DNA of 64,000 nt from Candidatus Latescibacterota bacterium (GTDB lineage: Bacteria > Latescibacterota > UBA2968 > GCA-2709665). Both the position numbers and the translations under genes were made by a program. A model generated the notes under the pieces. It saw only the letters and a list, made by a program, of their open reading frames with translations, was not told the DNA's origin and ran no database searches. Numbering within the stretch: position 1 is the stretch's first letter; every line of letters begins with the position of its first letter. This document shows, piece after piece, positions 10,200 through 19,700 of the stretch. The stretch spans positions 4,896,001 through 4,960,000 of the forward strand of contig OZ250150.1 in the NCBI GenBank assembly GCA_965237675.1. The letters run 5' to 3'.

Positions 10200-12248
10200 A
10201 TGATCAAGTTAACGTTTTCGAGCCTCATGCTCTTTTTTACGACTGTCTTGTTTGCACAGAACATCCGCGCACAGGACTACAATCGCTGGAGCTTGCCCGA
10301 AGGAGCGCTCGTGCGGCTGGGCAAAGGAGACGTGCGCGACGTCACCTGGTCGCAGGACGGCACGCGCCTGGCCGTGGGGGGCACCGCCGGCATCTGGCTC
10401 TACGATGCCCAGACAGGTGATGAAATTTCGCTGCTCACAGGCCATACGAGAAGAGTCAATCATGTGGTGTATTCGACGGATGGGTCGATGCTGGCCAGCG
10501 CCGGTCACGATGGTACCATGCGGTTGTGGGACGCGGCCACCGGACAGGAAAAAAGCACCATCGAAGCCCATCGCGGGTCTGTCACGTCGGTGGCGTTTTC
10601 ACCGGATGGAACGACGGTGGCAAGCGTCGGTTATACGAACGAGGTGCGGTTGTGGGACGTGGCCACAGGGCAGGAGAAAAGCACTCTGAGCGGGCATACC
10701 CGGAGGCTCAGGTCGGTGGTGTTCTCGCCGGATGGGACGACATTGGCAAGCGCCAGTGAAGACAGTACGGCGCGGCTGTGGGACGTGGCCACAGGGCAGG
10801 CAAAACACACCCTGACGGGACATAGGTGGTTTGTCAATTCTGTGGCGTTTTCGCCGGATGGGACGACATTGGCAAGCGCCAGCAATGACAGTACGGTGCG
10901 GTTGTGGGACGTGGCCACAGGGCAGGTAAGACACACCCTCACAGGACATCCCCATTGGGTCCGTTCGGTGGTGTTTTCGCCCGACGGGACCACGCTGGCA
11001 AGCGGCAGTACAGACCGTACGGTGTGGTTGTGGGATATGGCCACCCGACAGAAGAAAGGCATCCTCACAGGCCACACAGGTGGGGTCATCTCGGTGGCGT
11101 TTTCGCCGGATGGGATGACCCTGGCAAGCGGCAGCTCGGACAATACGGTGCGGGTGTGGGACGTCGCAACGGGGCAGGAAAAAGGCACTATCACGGGACA
11201 CACGCCTTTTGTCTGGTCGGTGGCGTTTTCGCCGGATGGGACCACGGTGGCAGGCGCCAATAGCGACGGTACGATACGACTGTGGGACGTGACCACCTGG
11301 CAGAAAAAAAGCACACTCGGAGGGGACATGCGCAGGCTCAGGTCGGTGGCGTTTTCGCCCGATGGGACGATGCTGGCAAGCGGCGGCACTGATGTGCGGT
11401 TGTGGGACGTGGCGACGGGGGAGGGAAAAAGCACTCTCACAGGACATACCCGTGCTGTCGGTTCGGTGGTGTTTTCGCCGGATGGGACCACCCTGGCAAG
11501 CGGCAGTGATGATGATACGGTGCGGTTGTGGGACGTGGCCACAGGGCAGGTAAAACGCGCCCTGACAGGACATACCCATGATGTCAGGTCGGTGGCGTTT
11601 TCGCCGGATGGGACCACCCTGGCAAGCGGCAGTTACGACCACACGGTGCGGTTGTGGGACGTGGCCACCGGACAGGAACAAAGCACCCTCACAGGACATA
11701 CGTCCTGGGTCACTTCCGTGGTGTTTTCGCCGGATGGGATGACAGTGGCAAGCGGCAGTCGTGACAATACGGTGCGGTTGTGGAACGTGACCACAGGGCG
11801 GGAAAAACACACCCTCACAGGACATGAGCGGAATGTCGAGTCGGTGGCGTTCTCACCTGATGGGAGAACGCTGGTAAGCGCCAGTCACGACAACAAAATG
11901 CTGCTTTGGGACGTGGACACCTGGCAGGAAATAGGCGTTCTTACAGGACATACGTGGATAATCGCTTCGGTGGCGTTCTCGCCGGATGGGCAGATCCTGG
12001 CAAGCTGCAGTTACGACGGCACGATTCTACTGTGGAATGTCTCCCCGTATGTCGCACCTCAATCCCTTGTTGCCGACTTCGACGGCGACGGGACCGTGGG
12101 TTTTCCCGACTTCTTGCAGTTTGCGTCGCAGTTCGGTCAGAGCCAGGACGACGCCGGATTTGACGCGCGCTTCGATCTGGACAGCGACGGCACCGTCGGG
12201 TTCAACGATTTCGTGATCTTCACACGCAGCTTCGGCAACGGTACGTGA
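10200..12248 (+). CDS. Secreted WD40 repeat protein with C-terminal dockerin-like module
   Basis: Signal peptide and ~14 WD40 repeats; tail nearly identical to that of the 7659 gene. Confidence 0.95.
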   Translation: MIKLTFSSLMLFFTTVLFAQNIRAQDYNRWSLPEGALVRLGKGDVRDVTWSQDGTRLAVGGTAGIWLYDAQTGDEISLLTGHTRRVNHVVYSTDGSMLASAGHDGTMRLWDAATGQEKSTIEAHRGSVTSVAFSPDGTTVASVGYTNEVRLWDVATGQEKSTLSGHTRRLRSVVFSPDGTTLASASEDSTARLWDVATGQAKHTLTGHRWFVNSVAFSPDGTTLASASNDSTVRLWDVATGQVRHTLTGHPHWVRSVVFSPDGTTLASGSTDRTVWLWDMATRQKKGILTGHTGGVISVAFSPDGMTLASGSSDNTVRVWDVATGQEKGTITGHTPFVWSVAFSPDGTTVAGANSDGTIRLWDVTTWQKKSTLGGDMRRLRSVAFSPDGTMLASGGTDVRLWDVATGEGKSTLTGHTRAVGSVVFSPDGTTLASGSDDDTVRLWDVATGQVKRALTGHTHDVRSVAFSPDGTTLASGSYDHTVRLWDVATGQEQSTLTGHTSWVTSVVFSPDGMTVASGSRDNTVRLWNVTTGREKHTLTGHERNVESVAFSPDGRTLVSASHDNKMLLWDVDTWQEIGVLTGHTWIIASVAFSPDGQILASCSYDGTILLWNVSPYVAPQSLVADFDGDGTVGFPDFLQFASQFGQSQDDAGFDARFDLDSDGTVGFNDFVIFTRSFGNGT

Positions 12249-12446
12249 GGCGCCGTCGACCCGCTGATCGGTGTATAAACCGGCAGTCTGAACCCGCTGC
12301 CGGATCAATACGGCCAGAACCGAAACATTCTCAATCCGTCCTCCGCCATCCGCTATCAGCCTTCAGAGGCGGGGCCTGCCCGGGCAGGCCATCTATAATG
12401 TGCCGGACCGGGAGGTGTGCGTTCCGGTGGACGCGACGACGGACGC

Positions 12447-12546
12447 GGGTCTTGCTGTCATCTGCCTTGGTCGCGGACCTGCCGCGCCAACCGCTCGCTC
12501 CGGAAGAACGGCGCCGTCCGGCTCCCGCGACCTGACCCTGGCAAGG
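12447..12546 (+). repeat. Dispersed GC-rich hairpin element (also ~38578-38685, 42651-42766, 43732-43840)
   Basis: Invariant core cgccaaccgctcgctccg flanked by complementary arms ggtcgcgg/ccgcgacc. Confidence 0.65.
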
Positions 12547-12620
12547 CGGCCTTCGCCGAGACTTCCCCGCGTGGAATAACACGTGCTCCCGCCCGGCATG
12601 ACCCGCTGCCGCTGGACCGC

Positions 12621-13364
12621 CTATTCAACGGCCCCGATCCGGTAGCCGACCCCCGGCTCGTTGAAGATGTAGGTGGGGTTGCCCGCGTCGTCTCCCAACT
12701 TGCGTCTCAGGCTCTTTACCGCCGAGCGCAATGGCCTCGTATCACCGTCGCTTCTCTTGCGCCATACCCTTTGCAACAGATGATCGCGCGTCATGATCAC
12801 GCCAGCATTCAACGAGAGTTCCACCAGCAGCCGATACTCGAAAACCGTCAGCCCTACCGTCCGGTCGTCAACGGCAACTCTCCGCCTGGCGTAGTCAATG
12901 GTCAATCGTCCCATCACAAAGGGTTCTTCCGGCTCCTTCTGATCGGACGGCGTCGCCTTGCGCAGCGCCGCCCGGATCCTGGCCACCAGTTCCGTAGGCG
13001 AAAAGGGCTTGACCACGTAGTCGGCGGCGCCGGCTTCGAACGCCCGCGCAATCGCATCGTCGTGGCCGTATGCGGAAAGAAACACGACCGGCACCTCTGC
13101 GTCCTTGAAAATGGCCTGCATAATCTCGATGCCGTCGGTCCCCGGCAATACGAGGTCCAGCAAAACCAATTGGGGGCAGTGCTCTTCCAGAAGCCTGGGC
13201 ACCTCGTCCGGGTCGTCTGTGGCCACCAGCGCGTAGCCGGCATTCGATAGAGCTTCCCGTACATTCCGCAACGTCTGCGGGTCGTCGTCCACAACCAGGA
13301 TGGGCGTTCGCCCCGGCCGGCTCCTTCTTACACCGCCTGCGTCCGAATCTGCCGCTCCGTCGCG
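12621..13364 (-). pseudogene. 5'-truncated copy of the hybrid kinase/regulator; only linker, REC and OmpR-type wHTH remain (ORF 12621-13292 could still be expressed)
   Basis: Highly similar to the C-terminus of 29018-31405, including the linker DSDAGGVRRSRPGRTPILVVDDD upstream of the called start. Homology ends at a WD40-tail remnant. Confidence 0.8.
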
Positions 13365-13412
13365 TTCAGCGATTTTGTGATCTTCGCACGCAGCTTCGGC
13401 CAGAGTACGTGA
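13365..13412 (+). pseudogene. Remnant 3' end of a WD40-dockerin gene (FSDFVIFARSFGQST*)
   Basis: Matches the tails of the intact WD40 genes and is followed by the same intergenic/leader sequence. Confidence 0.8.
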
Positions 13413-13568
13413 GGCGCCGACACCGTGTCAGAACGAGACCGCGGCAGGTGATAGTTGGAATCCACGTCGTTTAACTTCTGGCCGCTGTAGGTCTACGTGA
13501 GAAACTATGGCTCGGGGCAAGTGCTGAAATGACACGTGGCGCTGTGTGAGTGTTCGAGCGATGCCACC

Positions 13569-13681
13569 GAAAAACGTATACCATTTCTCTTCATATCGCC
13601 ATCACTCGCTCCAGGTCATTAAAAAAATCACATCAATCACAGTCTCTGCATCCGGTTTAATCACAGTTAATCATAGTCCAG
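13569..13681 (+). promoter_or_regulatory. Conserved leader copy 5, separated from its RBS end (14219-14236) by ~540 bp
   Basis: aatcacatcaatcacagtctctgcatccggtttaatcacagttaatcatagtccag. Confidence 0.65.
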
Positions 13682-13730
13682 AGTTGACATTGTCGGAACT
13701 GTGGATTGATCTACCGATTAATTTACGTAT

Positions 13731-13758
13731 TTGACTTTTATATTTTCTATATTATCTT
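13731..13758 (+). promoter_or_regulatory. Candidate sigma70 promoter
   Basis: TTGACT-16 nt-TATCTT in an AT-rich patch. Confidence 0.4.
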
Positions 13759-14280
13759 CACTGTCCATAACATTGAAGCACAGCAGGAGCAGTCAAACGG
13801 TGTCGCCAGGGGCGTGTGTCCTCCACCGCAACGGCATCCCGCCGTCGGTAGAAGTGGTAACCGAATTGCCGGTGTCGCTCTACCGCTGCTACTCCGCAAA
13901 ACTCAAGACGGACAATACCGGAAGTACGGAAAAGAGCCAACGACCGCGGGTCCGATGCCTGGCGCCTGGCGAAACATCGTGCGAAGCAGATCATAACCCG
14001 CTTGGATAGCCAATACAAGCAGGGGCTGCTGAACCGGATGTTGAGATGACCCACGCCGAACCGTAGAGGTGCAAGTGCACCGATTTCGAATTAGGGCAAG
14101 CGCGCTGAATAGTCAGCCCGATTTGTTTCCACGTCAGGACCGTATAACCAACGGGAGTACCCGGCCTGGAGAGCCAGCGACCAGGGACGCCCGTCACAAG
14201 CGGATGTATCGCAAATCATCCAGGGAGGATATCCAGATGAAGAAGCGTTCGACGTTCAATATGGCCTTGTTGTTGGGGGG

Positions 14281-16146
14281 GTGAGAAATATCAATCACGT
14301 GATCCGCGCACAAAGAGTCCTGTCACCCGGCGGCGTGACCGCTCCCAAGGCGCTGTCGGCGGCCCTGATCGTGACGTTCGTGCTGGCGGGCGCGGCTTTC
14401 GCACAGACCGTTCAGGAAGTACTGGACCTGAACCCAATCGACCAGATCGTCGACACCCACAATCTCGAGCTTAAGGGCGCCCGCAATATTGCCATCTTCA
14501 AGATAGGCGAGCGGACCTACGCGGCCGTCACGGGCTACTACGACGATGGCGTCCAGATACTCGACCTGACCGACCCTGCCAATATCGAAGCGAGTGGCCA
14601 GATCACCGATACCAGCCGCCTGGAGCTTAGGGGCCCACGCGGCATCACGACCTCCAAGATAGGCGACGGCACCTACGCGGCCGTCGCAGGACACAAAGAC
14701 CACGGCGTCCAGATACTCGACCTGACCGACCCTGCCAATATCAGAGCGAGCGGCCGGATCACCGACGATGACGTTCGCGAGCTTGAAGGCCCAGCTGATA
14801 TCGCCACATTCAAAAAAGACGGGCGCACCTACGCGGCAGTAGCAGCCACCGACGACAACGGCGTCCAGATACTCGACCTGACCAATCCTAGCGAACCTGA
14901 GTGGTCCGGCCAGATTCCAGACAATCCAGACTTGGTGCTTTTTGCCGCAACTGGCATCACCACCTTCAAGATAGGCGAGCGCACCTACGCAGCCGTCGCC
15001 GCATTGCTCGACGACGGCATACAGATACTCGACCTGACCGACCCTGCCAATATCAGAGCCGCCGGCCAGATTACCGACAGCGACATTCGCGAGCTTGACG
15101 GCGCATTGGATGTTGACCCTTTCGAGATAGGCGGGCACACCTATCTGGCCGTCGCGGCACACGACGACAACGGCGTCCAGATAATCCATCTGACCGGGGA
15201 ATCTCGACTCAACCGCCCGCCGACTGCCGACGCCAGTCCAGACCAGACAGTCCAGGAGGGGTCGTCAGTGACGTTGTCCGGAACGGCCTCCGATCCGGAC
15301 GGCGATAATCTGTCCTACCAGTGGACCCACGACCGGGACGACCTGGGCGTCTCACTTGACGACACGGCGGCCCTCTCGACGACATTTACTGCGCTCCAGG
15401 TGGACTCTGATGCCGCCATCACCTTCACGCTTACTGCCACCGACGAACACGGCGCCCAGGGCTCTGACACAGTTGCCGTCACCGTCCAAGACGTTCCTTC
15501 CGACCCGCCTCAGGAGAATACCGTCGTCCTGGAACCGCCCGAGCAGCGCGGCTCCCGCGACATAGGAACGATCACCCTGGTCAGCTCCCGGCCGGGAACC
15601 ATCCAGGCCAGCTGGGAGGCGCCAACCGAGAATCCGGCCAACTACCGCATATCATGGGGTAAGGCAGGAGAGAACTTCCGCACCTGGACCGACCCCTCCT
15701 GCAACGCCTTCCCCACCGAACCCTCCTACACCATCGCCGGCCTGGAAGGGGGCGAGGAATACAAGGTGAAGGTCCGCGCCTCATATAGCGGCACTGCCGG
15801 CGACTGGAGCGGCCAGGCCACCATCACCGTCGCAGACGTTGCGGCGTCTAAGCCCGTCGTGCCGAGTCTGACCTTCGGGCTCGGGGCGAATTTTCCCAAT
15901 CCGTTTAATCCCGATACTTAGATCGGCTACACCCTATCCACAGCCGGTCTCGTGGAGTTGGCGATTTACAATATCCTGGGACAGCGGGTACGCATCCTGG
16001 TGCAGGAGATTCAGGCCGCTGGTAGCCATCAGGTTGTCTGGAATGGGCGCAACGACAATGGTACGCGAGTTGCCAGCGGGATATATCTGTATCGGTTGTC
16101 CAGTGCACAGGAGGTGCAGGTGCGGCGTCTGTTGCTGCTGAAATAG
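14281..16146 (+). pseudogene. Secreted protein: LVIVD-like propeller repeats + PKD-like + FN3 + FlgD-Ig/T9SS-type sorting domain, interrupted by in-frame TAG at 15919-15921
   Basis: Repeats TYAAV..DDGVQILDLTDP; NRPPTADASPDQTV; SWEAP..YRISW; NFPNPFNPDT*IGYTL..IYNILGQRV..ASGIYLYRL..LLLK all in one frame. Alternative start at 14237 across a G7 tract. Confidence 0.8.
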
Positions 16147-16470
16147 CGCGTCCGAAGGGGTGCGATGATTCAAGGACTGTCCAGTATCTGATGGGGGACA
16201 GCCCTTGTTTTTCTTACGGTTGAAAAATGAGTTAAATCTGGTTTGGGATGTCCTGTGTGACATATCAGGTGAGATGTAAACGTGAGACGTTACAGGCACT
16301 CCGCATCGCAGCTGGTCATCTGCCGAATGCGAACACGGGCGGCGGCGCGAAACGGGTGATTTGTTCCATCAACATGCGCTCGTCCGTATCACAGCCCGCT
16401 GAACGGCCAGGATTCCGCGTCCACGATACCGGTTCGAGACGCAATTAACCGAATCGCAGGGAAACTTGAC

Positions 16471-16710
16471 GTGTCGGTTCTGACGTCCAATCCGGTCTTC
16501 GGCCAGGGCCCCGGCGAACGCGTTCGCATTACAACCTCAGGCGGAAAGATGATCGGAACCGTCTCGGAGAAGAGCGGAGAGGCATTTAACATCAGGCTCC
16601 AGGGCGGCAGATTTCGCTCCGTCGCATTAAGCGACATTCGCAATCCGGAGCGCAGCCTCGAAAAACGGAACAACGCGAAAAAGGGATGCCTGATCGGAGG
16701 TAGCACCTGA
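16471..16710 (+). pseudogene. Probable fragment of a secreted hypothetical protein
   Basis: Protein-like composition (GERVRITT..GTV..) but no clear start or RBS. Confidence 0.3.
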
Positions 16711-16777
16711 GGGGAGGGGCTGCCGGTCACTACGCTCAGCCACGACCAAAACTGAAAGACTCCAGGGAGGAAATCCG

Positions 16778-19700
16778 ATGAAAACGTCTTCGTCGTTCGG
16801 CCTCGTTCTTCTGTCAATCGGTGTCCTATCAGCACAGGATGCACGTACACAGGACCATACTCGCTGGGGCCTGCCCGAAGGGGCCGTCTCACGACTGGGC
16901 AAAGGAAACATCGGCACTGGCGACCGCGCGATTGCCTATTCGCCGGACGGCAGGCGGATCGCTGTGGCCGGTAATATAGGGATCTGGCTCTACGATGCCC
17001 ACACCGGGGCCGAATTGGCCCTGCTCACGGGTCATGCGTCTTCGGTAACTTCGGTGGCGTTTTCGCCCGACGGAACCACACTGGCAAGTGGCAGCTGGAA
17101 GGAGATTCGGTTGTGGGACGTGGACACCGGGCAGATAAAATACACGCTCACAGAAGGTATTTCGCGTGTGACATCCGTGGTGTTTTCACCGGATGGAACC
17201 GTCCTGGCAGGCGCCGGCGGATTGCGGATTCGTTTGTGGGACGTGGACAGCGGCCAGGGAAAACACACTTTCACAGGACATGCTGATGTGGTCCGTTCGG
17301 TGGCGTTTTCGCCCGACGGAAACACCCTGGCCAGCGCCGGCGGGTCACGGATCCTGTTGACGGACATACATACGGCTCAGGAAAAACGCATCCTCACGGG
17401 ACATACTGATGCGGTCCGTTCGGTGGCATTTTCGCCCGACGGAAACACCCTGGCCAGCGCCGGCGCCGACAATACAGTGCGATTTTGGGACGTGGACACC
17501 GGGCAGATTAATCACACGCTACGAGGACACTGGCTGCCTGTTACTTCGGTGGCGTTTTCGCCCGATGGAAATACCCTGGCAAGTGGTGGTGGAGACAACA
17601 CCGTGCGGTTGTGGGACGCCCGCACCGCACAGGAGACAGACTCCCTCTCAGAACACACGTCCGCAGTGACTTCGGTGGCGTTTTCGCCCGATGGAAACAC
17701 CCTGGCAAGCGCCGGTGGTTCGGGGATCCGGTTGTGGGACTTGGGCACAAGACGGGTAAGACACACCCTTGCGGAACATCTGGTAAACGTTTCTTCGGTG
17801 GCGTTTTCGCCTGATGGAAATACCCTGGCAAGTGGTGGTGAAAACCCGGTGTTGTGGGACCTGGCCACTGGCCAGGTGAAATCCCGCCTGGTTGGACATA
17901 TATCGTCTGTTACTTCGGTTGCGTTTTCGCCTGATGGGAACACCCTGGCAAGCGCCAGTACGGACACGACGGTGCGTTTGTGGGACGTGCATACCGGGCA
18001 GGTAAAACACACCCTGCGAGGGCACAGGTGGAATGTCAGATCGGTGGCGTTTTCGCCCGATGGGAACACGCTGGCGAGCGGAAGTGACGACCGCACGATA
18101 CGGCTATGGGACGTCGCCACAGGCACGGAAAAACATGTACTGACATTACAATGGGGGTCTGTTACTTCGGTGGTGTTTTCTCCCGGTGGGAACACGCTGG
18201 CAAGCGGAAATGACAACCGTACGATACGGCTATGGGACGTCGCCACAGGCACGGAAAAACATGTACTAACGGGCCATGGAAGCGACGTCTCTTCACTGGC
18301 GTTCTCACCCGACGGAAGGACACTGGCCAGTGGGGGCGGGAGGGCGATTCGGTTGTGGAACGTGGACACCGGCGAGTTGGAATACACACTCACGGAACAG
18401 ACGTCCTCGGTCCATTCGATCGCGTTTTCGTCGAATGGGAAGACCCTGGCAAGCGGCAGTTTCGACAATCAGGTGCGGTTGTGGGACGTGGACACGGGCA
18501 AGGAAACAGACACGCTCACAGGACATAGAGGCAGCGTGCTTTCGGTATCGTTTTCGCCCGATGGAACCACCCTGGCAAGCGGCAGCGTCGACGGTACGAT
18601 TCTCGTCTGGCAAAAGTCCGAGTGGGCGGGGGCCGATCCCGACGGACCCACGGACGGGTTAACACCGGCCGGAATCTCACGATGGGGATTGCCCGAAGGC
18701 GCTATCGCCCGCTTCGGCAAAGGCGGGATTGGCAGTGGCGACCGGGCGGCTGCCTGGTCGCCGGACGGCGCGCTGCTGGCCGCGGCCAGCAGCATCGGTA
18801 TCTGGCTCTACGATGCCCACACCGGGGTCGAAGTCGCCCTGCTCGCGGACCATAATTATTGGGTCAATGCGGTAGCGTTTTCGCCTGATGGAAATACCCT
18901 GGCAAGTGGTGGTGAAAACGCGGTGTTGTGGGACCTGGCCACTGGCCAGGTGATATACCGCCTGGATGGACATATATCGTCTGTTACTTCGGTTACGTTT
19001 TCGCCCGATGGACGTACGCTGGCCAGCGGGAGCAGGGACAATACGATTCGGTTGTGGGACGTGACCACGGGACAGGAAAAACACACCCTCGCAGGGCATT
19101 CGGATCCGGTCCGATCGGTGGCCTTTTCGCCCGATGGACGTACGCTGGCCAGCGGGAGCAGGGACGCAACGGTGGGGTTGTGGAACGTCTTCACGGGACA
19201 GGAAAAACACACCCTTACAGGACATACGTCTTCGGTTATTTCGGTGGCTTTTTCGCCTGATGGAAGCACGCTGGCCAGTGGAGGCGGCGACGCCGTGTTG
19301 TGGGAAGTGGCCACCGGCGAGAAAAAACACATTCTCGAACATCGTCTGGGTGTCACTTCGGTCGCGTACTCCCCCGATGGACGTACACTGGCCAGTGCAT
19401 CCTTTAGCGACACCCCCGGAGAAAATACGATACGGTTGTGGGACACGGCCACCGGGCGGAAGAAATCCAACTTCACGGGACCTACGTGGGAAGTCAATTC
19501 GGTGGCGTTCTCGCCCGATGGACGCACACTGGTCAGTGCCAGTCAGTCCGACAGGATTCGGCTGTGGGACGTGGCCACCGTACGGGAGAAAAACGCCATC
19601 ACTGGACATGGGTCTTTCGTTACTTCGGTGGCGTTGTCACCCGACGGGAACACCGTGGCCTACAGCGATAACAGCCCCACGGTGCGGGTGTGGGACGTGG

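Noticed and set aside
3-12248. CRISPR-like periodicity (constant blocks alternating with variable blocks)
   Set aside because: The units are in-frame 126-bp WD40 coding repeats; there are no cas genes or unique spacers.
1686-13680. Integron cassette array (same-strand genes separated by repeats)
   Set aside because: No integrase and no convincing RYYYAAC...GTTRRRY attC sites; the spacers look like co-duplicated intergenic DNA.
13890-13945. c-di-GMP-I riboswitch (cgcaaaac motif)
   Set aside because: The GGCAAAC..GAAA..GG stem and the rest of the consensus are absent.
15919-15921. Pyrrolysine or recoded TAG readthrough
   Set aside because: A single instance; TAG terminates other genes here (16146, 42548, 43529, 63044) and no pyl genes are visible.
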